64,000 bases of DNA, from contig CAVRDX010000001.1 in NCBI GenBank assembly GCA_963719945.1, forward strand, positions 736,001 through 800,000, given 5' to 3'. Origin of the DNA: an uncultured Thermoplasmata archaeon. Lineage in GTDB: Archaea > Thermoplasmatota > Thermoplasmata > UBA10834. The notes beneath the pieces are model-generated. The model searched no databases. It saw only the letters and a list, made by a program, of their open reading frames with translations, and was not told the DNA's origin. Shown here in pieces: positions 48,271 to 57,907 of the stretch; position 1 is the stretch's first letter; the number at the start of each line of letters is the position of its first letter. Position numbers and translations under genes: made by a program.

Positions 48271-49347
48271 CTAGAATAATATCCCCTTGCATCGGATCAC
48301 GCGGTTGAGGCCTCTCCGCCCCAACATGCGCATGGACATCCCTAGGAGAGGGTCGCTTGGGAAGAATATGTCGGCCAATCGTCTAGTGGAGAGGGCGGTC
48401 CGCAATGGTTTCCCCATCACTTCTCGCCATCGCGTCTCGTATGCTGCAAGAGAGCACCTGCCGGCCAAGTGTTCAGCGATCGTCTTGCCGGCGATCCTGC
48501 CAGCTATCATCGCCGTCGGGATGCCCCCACCGTTCGTCGCCATCACCTGTCCCGCAGCGTCGCCAACCAACAACACATTCTCCCGTACAGTGGATGAAGC
48601 AGGGCCGGACATCGGGACCAGTCCCATCGTGATGTCCCCACATTCACAATCCAGCGTTGTCAGGAATTTGTCGAAGACCGCTCTCGGGCTACCTTTTAAG
48701 ATGCCTGGGTTGAATCCGACCCCGACATTCGCACCCCCTGACTTCGGGATTATCCAAGCATACCCACCAGGAGCGACACTGCCGAAGTACATCTTTACGA
48801 CCGGTTCGAACGAACCCTTCACCTGACAGGTCACAGCAGGGTAGTTTATGCGGGAATCACCCATCCCGATTTGTCTCATCGTCTTTGAATTGGGACCATC
48901 CGCGCCGACTATCACCTTCGCCTTGATGTCTCCAAGGGTCGTCCGTGCGATACCGTTTTCGATGGATAGCAGGGACGAATCTGTGCTAAGCCTAGACCCG
49001 GCGTTGATCGCCAGGTCGACCAGGTGCTTGTCGAAGAATCGCCGATCGAGGACATGCGATTTGAACCCACACCTGTATGCTTTTCCCCGCGGTGATATCA
49101 GGTCGATACTGTCGCAAGTCCCTTTGACAAGGTGCGATGGTAGCGTGAAGAGTTCCTGGAGATTCTGACCTTCGGGGAATATCGTATACATCTCATCGGT
49201 GTCTGGAAGGAGTTCCCCGCATTGCACAGGGTAGCCTATCTCCCGTCGTCTATCAATCATCAGAACGTCGATGCCCTCGGACGCACAGAACCTCGCGGTT
49301 GTGCTCCCTGCGGGACCTGCACCGATAATTAGGACGTCGACGTCCAA
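48271..49347 (-). CDS. Geranylgeranyl reductase family flavoprotein (MenJ-like candidate)
   Basis: GAGPAGS, PVQCGE, DR..FD, GADG, GYAWIIPK, GDAAG....NGGGI. Confidence 0.9.
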   Translation of the reverse strand: MDVDVLIIGAGPAGSTTARFCASEGIDVLMIDRRREIGYPVQCGELLPDTDEMYTIFPEGQNLQELFTLPSHLVKGTCDSIDLISPRGKAYRCGFKSHVLDRRFFDKHLVDLAINAGSRLSTDSSLLSIENGIARTTLGDIKAKVIVGADGPNSKTMRQIGMGDSRINYPAVTCQVKGSFEPVVKMYFGSVAPGGYAWIIPKSGGANVGVGFNPGILKGSPRAVFDKFLTTLDCECGDITMGLVPMSGPASSTVRENVLLVGDAAGQVMATNGGGIPTAMIAGRIAGKTIAEHLAGRCSLAAYETRWREVMGKPLRTALSTRRLADIFFPSDPLLGMSMRMLGRRGLNRVIRCKGILF

Positions 49348-50057
49348 GGTTTCTTCCCCCTGGTCATCGTGGCGCCCTTTAGCTTGAGGAACTCGGTCTT
49401 GACCTCGGAGAAGCCCTGTTGAGATAGCAGGTTCTCATAGATCGATGTGAATCCGAAGGCCTTGTAGGTATCCACGAAAGTCATGTAAGGGTCTCGCTTC
49501 AGCCGATGGTATGACGCAGGGTTCACAGCTATCCTCGCGAGCTTCGGAACGACGTGTTTGACATGTATATCCAGCAGCTTCGCGAGCGGACCTGGCGGCG
49601 GCTTTGCGACATCCACTATACGGACCTCGCCTCCATCCTTCAGGACTCTATGTATCTCGGAGATACCCTCACCCTTGTCGAAGAAATCCCTGAATGAGAA
49701 TACGCAGAACACCTTATCCACGCTCTGATCTGCCAGTGGTATCTTCTCCCCCACCGCTCTGACCAACTGTATGCGATTCTGGTCCAGCAGCTCCCTCGAA
49801 TAGTTCGCGAGTTCGCCGGATGGTTCAATGCAATATATCGATTTGGAGATGAGGTGTCTGGCGAATGAGCCTGGTCCTGAACCTACCTCGAGGACCACAT
49901 CATCGGGCTTTGCGTAAGCGGCCACCTCCTGGCGCCATCTGTCAGCAAGTCCGAATGTGATCAACTGGTTCACTCGATCATAGTCTGGGGCGATCTCCTC
50001 GAGCGCCTCGACGACCTCCGTCCAATGCTTCCCGGACATACCATTAGCATCCATCAT
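49329..50057 (-). CDS. UbiE/MenG-like demethylmenaquinone methyltransferase
   Basis: IAPDYDRVN..ITFG....WR, SAM motif EVGSGPG, IP..D.S.D, EI.RVLK.GG. Confidence 0.85.
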   Translation of the reverse strand: MMDANGMSGKHWTEVVEALEEIAPDYDRVNQLITFGLADRWRQEVAAYAKPDDVVLEVGSGPGSFARHLISKSIYCIEPSGELANYSRELLDQNRIQLVRAVGEKIPLADQSVDKVFCVFSFRDFFDKGEGISEIHRVLKDGGEVRIVDVAKPPPGPLAKLLDIHVKHVVPKLARIAVNPASYHRLKRDPYMTFVDTYKAFGFTSIYENLLSQQGFSEVKTEFLKLKGATMTRGKKPWTSTS

Positions 50058-50068
50058 AATCGAGCCAC

Positions 50069-51052
50069 CTACGAATCTCTGTTCAAGACCCTGTTGACGA
50101 GCTCTCTCAGGGATCTGCTGTATTTGGTGTCTGGCAATGAGCCAAGGTGTTGCAACGCCTCAAGGGCATAATATTCGCCCATGCCCTTCGCCTTATCTAT
50201 CGCCCCGGATTCTATGACGAGATCGATACAACGCCTGACCTTCTCTGCGGGTGGGTCATCCATCTTGACCAGTTCGAGTATCTCTTTGCGTGCAGTCTCC
50301 GAATCCTTCATAGCCAATAGGGATGGCAGAGTCAGATACCCCTCTTTCAGATCCATCCCGACCGGTTTGCCAGTGCGCTTCTCATCACCTATGAAATCCA
50401 GGATATCATCAGCGATCTGGAATGCGATTCCCATATTGAGGCCATAGCTCGCCAGATTGTTGATGTCCTCGAGAGTCCCACCGGCCAGATAGGCCCCGAC
50501 CATCGCACCCGCCCTCAAAGGTTCCGCAGTCTTGCGCTCCATCACCTTCAGGTAGGTGTCCACAGTCATGTCCTGAGTGTGCCGATATTTATTCTGGAGT
50601 ATCTCACCTTCAGCGAGCTTCGCGCAAGCATCCGCCGTTGTCTGGACGACATTCTTGTCGAAGAGTCCTCCGAGAGAGAAAGCCTTTACGAAAAGGAAAT
50701 CACCAGTCACGATCGCGCTATGTAACCCGTACTTCTTGTAGACCGTCTCGCGACCTCGTCTAGCAAGTCCGCCATCGTTTATATCGTCATGAATCAACGT
50801 CGCGGAATGTATAAGCTCGAAAGCCGCTGCGATATCAGCAATCTTCTGAATATCCTCTCCGCCTAGGCTCTTGAATGACAGTATCGTCACGGTAGGTCGG
50901 AGCCGCTTTCCGCCCGCATCGATCACGTGCAATGCGGCCTCGGTGAGATTCTTCTCGCCAGAAGCGACCATCTGACGAAGCTTCTCATCGACCAAGCTAA
51001 GCTCCTCAGAGATGCCGAAATCCCAAGGAGATGGACTCATCAATATTCGCAT
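50069..51052 (-). CDS. Long-chain polyprenyl diphosphate synthase
   Basis: GGKRLRP, FARM ATLIHDDIND..RRG with small residues upstream (long-chain type), KTA, FQIADDILD, GKP.G.D..EG..TLP. Confidence 0.92.
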   Translation of the reverse strand: MRILMSPSPWDFGISEELSLVDEKLRQMVASGEKNLTEAALHVIDAGGKRLRPTVTILSFKSLGGEDIQKIADIAAAFELIHSATLIHDDINDGGLARRGRETVYKKYGLHSAIVTGDFLFVKAFSLGGLFDKNVVQTTADACAKLAEGEILQNKYRHTQDMTVDTYLKVMERKTAEPLRAGAMVGAYLAGGTLEDINNLASYGLNMGIAFQIADDILDFIGDEKRTGKPVGMDLKEGYLTLPSLLAMKDSETARKEILELVKMDDPPAEKVRRCIDLVIESGAIDKAKGMGEYYALEALQHLGSLPDTKYSRSLRELVNRVLNRDS

Positions 51053-51173
51053 ATGCCCCAATCTCTACTTAACCCTAGTGGTTACTGGCTCTTGGCTGTA
51101 GATGATGGCCAGAAGAGGTTTGGAGGTCCGTATTATTTATATCCAAGTTCGACCAGTTGCATATTGAACTCTT

Positions 51174-52106
51174 ATGAACGAACCAAGCGAGAAGCCATCC
51201 AAACTAAAGATATGGATCGCGGAACTGAGAGTGCCGTTCTTTACAGCTGCAATTGTACCCGCGATATTTGGAACGGCCATCGCGTGGCAGTCTGAAAACA
51301 ATTTTAATGCCATACTCTTCGGTCTTGTGACTCTTGGTGTAATTCTCGCTCACGCAGCAACTAACGTCATCAATGATTACTTCGACTACAAGAGCGGGAC
51401 GGACATATCCAACAAGAACAGAACCCCGTTCAACGGAGGAAGCCCGTTCCTTGTGGAAGGTGTGCTTACACCTAGAGAGGTGTACACCGCCGCTATGCTG
51501 ATGTTTGGCGCATGCGCAGTCATCGGATTCTATCTCGCCTATGCAAGCACTTGGCTCGTAATCCCGCTTGGAATAATCGGCATAGGATTCGGATACTTCT
51601 ATACGATCCCTAAATCAGGACTGGCCGCAAAGGGGGTAGGAGAGGTAGCCCTCGGATTGGGTTTCGGTCCATTGATCGTGGAAGGCGCCTATCTCGTCCA
51701 GACCCAGACATTCAGCATTCCAGTCTTACTCGCGGGAGTCCCTGTGGGACTCTTCATCGGGCTTGTATTGTTCATAAATCAGTTCCCGGACATGGAGGCT
51801 GATGGAGCAGCGGGCAAGAATCATTGGGTCGTCAGGATGGGACTGGCCAAGGCGGCATCGTGGTACGTCGGAACAATGGTCGCGGCCTTCGCTATGATAG
51901 TTGCATTGTCCGCGCTCAATGTGTACCCGCTATACGCACTACTCGCGCTCGCACCATTGCCTCTTGCGTTCAAAGCAATCAAGATAGTACGTGAGAAGTG
52001 CGAGTCCGTAAGAGAACTGGTCCCTGCACAGGCGATGACAATACAGATACACCTCATCACAGGACTGCTGCTCTCTGCTGGGATAGTAGTTGCGGGTTTC
52101 CTGTAA
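51174..52106 (+). CDS. menA: 1,4-dihydroxy-2-naphthoate polyprenyltransferase
   Basis: N.INDYFDY.SGTD, GGS, YT, GVGE, NQFPD.EAD...GK; multiple TM helices. Confidence 0.88.
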   Translation: MNEPSEKPSKLKIWIAELRVPFFTAAIVPAIFGTAIAWQSENNFNAILFGLVTLGVILAHAATNVINDYFDYKSGTDISNKNRTPFNGGSPFLVEGVLTPREVYTAAMLMFGACAVIGFYLAYASTWLVIPLGIIGIGFGYFYTIPKSGLAAKGVGEVALGLGFGPLIVEGAYLVQTQTFSIPVLLAGVPVGLFIGLVLFINQFPDMEADGAAGKNHWVVRMGLAKAASWYVGTMVAAFAMIVALSALNVYPLYALLALAPLPLAFKAIKIVREKCESVRELVPAQAMTIQIHLITGLLLSAGIVVAGFL

Positions 52107-52123
52107 TCAATGACAGGTCAATA

Positions 52124-53626
52124 TCAGAACCCTATCGGCAGGTTGGTGAATGCCTCCGCTGCCCGCAGACACAGATCCATGACCGCGTCAAAGTATATGC
52201 CCAGCACGACCGTCATCACGAGCGATATGCCAATCGCAACTGTCGTGAATCTCGGCACCTTGACCTTCTCCTCGGAACCTTTCTCCATGTACATGTACTT
52301 GATCACGCGTGCATAATAGTACAGTGACAACGCGCTGTTCAGGACCGCAGCCACGGCCAGCCATATCAACCAGCTCGGTCCCGGGTCACTTGAGCCGTAT
52401 ACCGCAGACGAGAAGAGCACGAACTTGCTTGCGAACCCCGCCAGCGGAGGTATCCCGGCCAGAGAGAATAGGAATATCATCATCGAGATCGCAAGGAATG
52501 GAGAACGCTTGCCGAGGCCTTTGAAATCATCCAATTTCTCCCCTATGGCACATGACGCCATGCCAGCGACGACCATGAAAGCGCCAGACTTCATGAACGC
52601 ATGCGTCAGGATATGGAATAGCGCACCCGCGACCGCATACTGCGTGCCGACAGGGAGTGCGATCAGGATGTAACCAGCCTGGGCGACCGATGAATATGCC
52701 AGCATACGCTTGATGTTCGTCTGCGATACCGCGATCAGGTTGCCCACGGTCATCGTCAGGATAGCCAATATCGCAATAGCTACATCCCAATCGGATTTCG
52801 TCACTATCAGACCGATCAGAAACACTTTGAAGAACGCTGCGAAGCCCATCTTCTTGGATGCCGCTGCGAGCAGGCCAGATATAGGTGTCGGCGCACCCTC
52901 GTACACATCGGGCGCCCACATATGGAAGGGCACGAGCGCCACCTTGAAGCCGAATCCTGCCAGGACGAGCACAGTGGCCAGCAATGCGAACGATTCAGAG
53001 CCTTCGAAAGCGGTGAAGGACGCATCCATCGCAGGACCCATAGCGGAAATGTTCGTCGTGCCGGCGATGCCGTAGAACAGAGAGATCGCGAATAGAGTGA
53101 GCGCGGACGAGAATCCACCTATTATGAAATACTTCGTCGCAGCCTCAGCTGAACGCTTCTCGTGCTTTCTGAATCCTGAGAGTGCGAATGATGATATGCC
53201 GGCGATCTCCAAACCTACGAATATGACGAACAGGTCGGCGGCGCTAGCCACCAGAGTCATTCCTGCGATTGCGAGGAGAATCAATGCATAGTATTCTCCC
53301 TGGTTCCTATCAGTCTTGATGAAGTCCATCGAGGTGAGCACGACTATAATGCCAACTGCGAGGAAAACCAGCATGAACAGTCCGGAGAACAGGTTGATCT
53401 CGACGAGAGCGATGCTGCTGCCAGGAGGGATCCAAGAATCCGTGAATAGCCAGGTCACGACCGCAGCCATGATGGCAATCATCGGGATCAGTGACGCGAA
53501 AGCCACCACCCTCTTGTCCTTGAACAGGTAATCCAGCCCAGGCATCAGAGTCGCAAATAGTATCAGCAATAGCTGCGGAAGGAACGGCTCCAGGGTATTC
53601 AGTATCTCCAATTCATCCACCTCCAT
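52124..53626 (-). CDS. nuoN: Complex I-like (Fpo/Nuo) subunit N
   Basis: GEYY, EAATKYF, FKVALVPFHMWAPDVYEGAPTP, KRMLAYSS, AGIPPLAGF.SK; true start may be a few codons downstream. Confidence 0.95.
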   Translation of the reverse strand: MEVDELEILNTLEPFLPQLLLILFATLMPGLDYLFKDKRVVAFASLIPMIAIMAAVVTWLFTDSWIPPGSSIALVEINLFSGLFMLVFLAVGIIVVLTSMDFIKTDRNQGEYYALILLAIAGMTLVASAADLFVIFVGLEIAGISSFALSGFRKHEKRSAEAATKYFIIGGFSSALTLFAISLFYGIAGTTNISAMGPAMDASFTAFEGSESFALLATVLVLAGFGFKVALVPFHMWAPDVYEGAPTPISGLLAAASKKMGFAAFFKVFLIGLIVTKSDWDVAIAILAILTMTVGNLIAVSQTNIKRMLAYSSVAQAGYILIALPVGTQYAVAGALFHILTHAFMKSGAFMVVAGMASCAIGEKLDDFKGLGKRSPFLAISMMIFLFSLAGIPPLAGFASKFVLFSSAVYGSSDPGPSWLIWLAVAAVLNSALSLYYYARVIKYMYMEKGSEEKVKVPRFTTVAIGISLVMTVVLGIYFDAVMDLCLRAAEAFTNLPIGF

Positions 53627-55118
53627 ACAGCCTTAGAAGGATCTCTACAGCTGGCGTGATCTTCGAGAATATCAGCGACGGGAAGACCCCGAAGACCGCG
53701 ATGAGGACAATCAATATGGCAACGGGCACTCCTTCGTACCATGTGACATCCTTGAGGTGGGATGTATCGATCTTGTCAGTCATGGGCCCGAACATCGACT
53801 TCTGCAACGCCCACAGATAGTAAGCAGCAGTGATTGCAACAGCAATTACCGGGATGAATACCCACATGGACCATTTCAAGAAAGTCGCGTAGAACACCAT
53901 GAACTCCGCTGCAAAGCTGACCAGACCTGGTAGGCCGAGCGACGCGAGGAATCCTACGGTGATCATCGTTGCCGCGATGGGCATCCTCTTGGCCAGTCCT
54001 CCGAGCTGAGGAATCAATCTCGTGCCGCACTTGTGCTGCACAACACCGCACATCATGAACAATACCGCGGTTACCAGGCCGTGGGCGAACATCTGGAAGA
54101 CCCCGGCGACGATACCGACCTCACCCAGCGTCGCGAAGCCCAGAAGAACGAAGCCCATGTGACTTATCGACGAATATGCAACCATCTTCTTCAGGTCCTT
54201 CTGTGCCAGACACAATATGGCACCATAGAGGATGCTCACGACAGCAATGATGGCCATAAGCACGGAGAGGCTCTCGGCTCCTTGAGGCAGGGAGGTCATC
54301 GCGACCCTGATGATACCATATCCGCCCATCTTGAGCAGCAGGCCGGCCAGCAGCACGCTACCGGCAGTCGGTGCTTCTACATGTGCATCAGGAAGCCAGG
54401 TGTGGAACGGCACCATCGGGAGCTTCACACCGAAGCCGAAGAACATCGCAGCGAAGATGGCCACCTGCACACCCTTCGCGAAGCCCACGCTCACGCCTGC
54501 GATCGCTTCCATGCTGAAGGTCTGCAACCCAGCCTCGAAGTACATCGCCATGATGGAGATGAGCAGAGCCAGGCTCGCGACATGTGTGTATATGAAGAAT
54601 TTGATCGCAGCGTAGTCCTTCCTCGGACCGCCCCAGATGCCGATCATGAAGTACATCGGTATCAGGACGACCTCCCAGAACACATAGAACATGAAGTAGT
54701 CCAATGAAACGAAAACGCCAAGGACTCCGACCTCAAGAATGAGCATGAGACCGAAGTACTCCTTCGGACGCTTCTCCGTATCCCAGGAGAATATGATGGA
54801 CAGCGTGCATAGTAGGGTCGTGAGCACGAACAGTGGAAGGCTGATGCCATCCAAACCGACGATGTAGTTGATCCCGAGAGTGCTGATCCATGCATGTTCC
54901 TCGTAGAACTGATAATCGGAGTGATAGCCGGTCGCTGACGGCGATGGATCTGTCGCGAACTCGTATGCGACCAACAGCGACAGTATCAGCGCTGCGACCG
55001 AGAATGCGAGGGCGATGTATTTCGCATACTTCTCATACCTGCCCAACGAGAACGTGATGAACGCTCCGATGAGAGGAAAGAGTATTGTCAGAGAAAGCAC
55101 CGGCACACCTTCGAGCAT
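53613..55118 (-). CDS. nuoM: Complex I-like subunit M
   Basis: GLDGIS, FYVFWE..LIP, AAIKFFIYT, VKLP.VPFHTWLPDAHVEAPT, LLKMG.YG, AYSSISHMG. Confidence 0.96.
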   Translation of the reverse strand: MLEGVPVLSLTILFPLIGAFITFSLGRYEKYAKYIALAFSVAALILSLLVAYEFATDPSPSATGYHSDYQFYEEHAWISTLGINYIVGLDGISLPLFVLTTLLCTLSIIFSWDTEKRPKEYFGLMLILEVGVLGVFVSLDYFMFYVFWEVVLIPMYFMIGIWGGPRKDYAAIKFFIYTHVASLALLISIMAMYFEAGLQTFSMEAIAGVSVGFAKGVQVAIFAAMFFGFGVKLPMVPFHTWLPDAHVEAPTAGSVLLAGLLLKMGGYGIIRVAMTSLPQGAESLSVLMAIIAVVSILYGAILCLAQKDLKKMVAYSSISHMGFVLLGFATLGEVGIVAGVFQMFAHGLVTAVLFMMCGVVQHKCGTRLIPQLGGLAKRMPIAATMITVGFLASLGLPGLVSFAAEFMVFYATFLKWSMWVFIPVIAVAITAAYYLWALQKSMFGPMTDKIDTSHLKDVTWYEGVPVAILIVLIAVFGVFPSLIFSKITPAVEILLRLYGGG

Positions 55119-55124
55119 CGTCAA

Positions 55125-57083
55125 TCACCCTCCCCATGGCAATATGTACAAAACGAGTATCAACAGAAGGCAGATGCCAACCACGATGAGCCCTGCATAG
55201 CGCTGCACGTTGCCGTTCTGCAGTCTCCTTATGAAGTTCCCGGTATTGCCACCCAGGAACGAGAATCCGTTCACAATGCCATCTATGACATATCTGTCGA
55301 AAGCGTCTGCGACCAGCGACAGTCCATATACGACCTTCACGGCGAAGTCGTCATAGAACTTGCTGATATACCATCTGTTCTCAAGGGCGCGCTGGACCTT
55401 GCCGTTGAATCCGGTGGAGAACATGCTCCTATCGAATCCAGGAGTGAGGTAGATCTTCCTCGCGAGCATTATCCCGACGACTGCGAGCGTCAGCGACACA
55501 TAGGTCAGCGGATCGGAGAATATCTCGATCGCAACATCGGCCAGTGATTCGTGTGCTGCACCATGCAGCAGCCCCTCGATCGACAATTCCATGAATCCTT
55601 TGAATCCATCACCGATGAACAAGACGAATCCGGATGTCATGGCCAGCCCTGCAAGTATCATCAGCGGGACGGTCATTATCCTGGGCGACTCGTGTGCATG
55701 ATAATCGGACCTCGGCTCTCCTGCGAACGTCATGAACCACATCCGGAACATGTAGAACGCGGTCATGAACGCGGTGATTATCCCCATCAGCCACAGCAGG
55801 AAGAAGACGGAATCGAATTCCCCCGCATGCCAAACGGCTGCCAGCACCTCATCTTTGCTCCAGAAACCGGAGAACGGCGGTATGCCGGATATGGCTAACG
55901 CTCCGATCAGCATCGTGAGCGATGTGATCTTCATCTTCTTGCCTAAACCACCCATGAGTCGCATGTCGTTCGTGCCTATCGCGTGTATCACGCTTCCGGC
56001 GCAAAGGAACAGAAGAGCCTTGAAGAACGCATGGTTCATCAGATGGAATGTAGCAGCTGCATATCCTCCCGGAGAATTCGCATAGATGACCAGATAGCCG
56101 CCGGCACCCAATCCCAGAATCATGTATCCGAGCTGGCTGATCGTACTGTATGCAAGAACGCGCTTGATATCGTTCGCTGCCAATGCGACCGTCGCGGCCA
56201 ATATCGCGGTTACTCCGCCGATCACTGCAACGAACAGAAGGCTCTCAGGAGCATGAATGAGCAGTGGATACGATCTAGCTACGAGATACACTCCTGCCTT
56301 GACCATCGTTGCCGCATGAATGAGGGCCGATACCGTGGTGGGACCCTCCATCGCATCCGGCAACCATTCGTGCAGAGGGAATTGTGCGCTCTTTCCAATG
56401 GCTCCACCGAATATCAGCGCGGTAGCGAGTATCATCATATCCGTGGGTACTGCAGCGGCCCCAGATTCCGAGAAGAGTGTCTCGAAGTCGAGGCTCCCCA
56501 CATACTTGAACAGGATTATGATGCCCGCCATGAACATTATATCGCCCACACGGGTGACTATGAAAGCACGCTTGGCGGCACTGGCTGCGGACGGTTTCTC
56601 GTACCAGAAACCTATGAGAAGGTATGAACAAAGACCGACTAGCTCCCAGAATATGAACATCTGGAGATAGTTGTCGGATATCACCAGACCGAACATCACC
56701 GATATGAAGAGGGTTATCTCGGCGTAGTAGCGCCTCCTGCCCTCCCCTTCCTCGCGCATGTAGCCGCCGGAGTAGATCACTACAAGGGTGCCCACTATAG
56801 AAACGACCACTAGCATGAGCGCGGTCAACTGGTCTATCCATACGCCGAACTCGAGAGAGAAGTCCCCCACTTCCAGCCACTTGAACTTGGGGGTATCTGT
56901 CGTGAGGGTCTCACCGTTCAACACGCTCCATACGACCAATAGGGATAGCACCAACGAGCACAGGGTACCTGCGATGGCGTAGACTGCCCCTGATTCCCAC
57001 CAGAGTGTGCGTTTCGGCAGGAGCGCGATGAGTATGAACGCCACGAATGGGAAGACTGGGATCAGCCACGCGTACTCGAGCAC
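55125..57083 (-). CDS. nuoL: Complex I-like subunit L
   Basis: WELVGLCSYLLIGFW, GKSAQFPLH.WLPDAMEGPTTVSALIHAATMV, HAFFKALLFL.AG, long C-terminal helix. Confidence 0.97.
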   Translation of the reverse strand: MLEYAWLIPVFPFVAFILIALLPKRTLWWESGAVYAIAGTLCSLVLSLLVVWSVLNGETLTTDTPKFKWLEVGDFSLEFGVWIDQLTALMLVVVSIVGTLVVIYSGGYMREEGEGRRRYYAEITLFISVMFGLVISDNYLQMFIFWELVGLCSYLLIGFWYEKPSAASAAKRAFIVTRVGDIMFMAGIIILFKYVGSLDFETLFSESGAAAVPTDMMILATALIFGGAIGKSAQFPLHEWLPDAMEGPTTVSALIHAATMVKAGVYLVARSYPLLIHAPESLLFVAVIGGVTAILAATVALAANDIKRVLAYSTISQLGYMILGLGAGGYLVIYANSPGGYAAATFHLMNHAFFKALLFLCAGSVIHAIGTNDMRLMGGLGKKMKITSLTMLIGALAISGIPPFSGFWSKDEVLAAVWHAGEFDSVFFLLWLMGIITAFMTAFYMFRMWFMTFAGEPRSDYHAHESPRIMTVPLMILAGLAMTSGFVLFIGDGFKGFMELSIEGLLHGAAHESLADVAIEIFSDPLTYVSLTLAVVGIMLARKIYLTPGFDRSMFSTGFNGKVQRALENRWYISKFYDDFAVKVVYGLSLVADAFDRYVIDGIVNGFSFLGGNTGNFIRRLQNGNVQRYAGLIVVGICLLLILVLYILPWGG

Positions 57084-57084
57084 T

Positions 57085-57405
57085 CTACCACCTCAGGATG
57101 TTTATCTTGTCGACATCGATCGTCTGATATCTTCTGTAGACCGATAGTATGATAGCCAGACCCACCGCGACCTCTGCGGCGGCGATGGCTATGGAGAACA
57201 GTGTGAACACCTGACCGGTCGCGTCAGGGACTGTATGCAGGACGCTATGATAGCTGCTGAACATCACGAGGTTGATGTTCGCCGCATTGAGCATTATCTC
57301 TATGCACATGAGCACGACGATGGCGTTCTTCCTGGACACTACGCCGTAGGCGCCCACGACGAACAGGAGCGAGCTGAATACGAGCCAGTACTCGATCGGG
57401 ATCAT
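57085..57405 (-). CDS. nuoK: Complex I-like subunit K
   Basis: LMCIEIMLNAANIN, AAAEVAVGLAI, C-terminal LRW. Confidence 0.95.
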   Translation of the reverse strand: MIPIEYWLVFSSLLFVVGAYGVVSRKNAIVVLMCIEIMLNAANINLVMFSSYHSVLHTVPDATGQVFTLFSIAIAAAEVAVGLAIILSVYRRYQTIDVDKINILRW

Positions 57406-57647
57406 TCCTTCTCCTCCTTTGCGAGAAAGATCCCGCCCAGCATTGCGACGAACAGGAGCACGCCTATCATCAGGACGACAAGAGCGTATCCGCTCGAATT
57501 GTCCGTCCCAAACATCGACCATGCGACGTCCTCGTTCGTGACTGCATCCATCTCACCTTCTGGCCAGGACACGCCGGTCACGACCAGAACAAAGAGCAAC
57601 GCGAGCAGAAGCAAAGACGAGCCTTTGATGATCGAATTGAGCTTCAT
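57402..57647 (-). CDS. nuoJ: Complex I-like subunit J, C-terminal half (FpoJ2-like)
   Basis: Two TM helices, LLFVAMLGGIFLAK; lies between J1 and K. Confidence 0.85.
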   Translation of the reverse strand: MKLNSIIKGSSLLLLALLFVLVVTGVSWPEGEMDAVTNEDVAWSMFGTDNSSGYALVVLMIGVLLFVAMLGGIFLAKEEKE

Positions 57648-57907
57648 CGGTCGCCACTCCCCATTATCTCGCGCTTGGTCAGCATTATTCCGAACAGGAT
57701 GACGACTACGACTGCACCCACATACACGAGTATCTGAATTATAGCTACGAATTCGGCATTCAGCATGATATACATGCAAGCGACAGCAATGAAGCAGGTG
57801 GCCAGCGCCACTACCCCATGGATTATCTCCCTGGCTCTGACCACAAGAAGAGCAGAGACCAACGCCGACGCAGAAAGGAACAGGAATATGAACATCTCCC
57901 AGGTCAC
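57644..57907 (-). CDS. nuoJ: Complex I-like subunit J, N-terminal half (FpoJ1-like)
   Basis: LNAEFVA..QILVYVGAV....LFGIML. Confidence 0.92.
   Translation of the reverse strand: MTWEMFIFLFLSASALVSALLVVRAREIIHGVVALATCFIAVACMYIMLNAEFVAIIQILVYVGAVVVVILFGIMLTKREIMGSGDR

Noticed and set aside
57402-57907. Split nuoJ as a frameshift or pseudogene
   Set aside because: The halves have proper starts with ATGA-type overlaps, and a split J is known from Fpo-type operons
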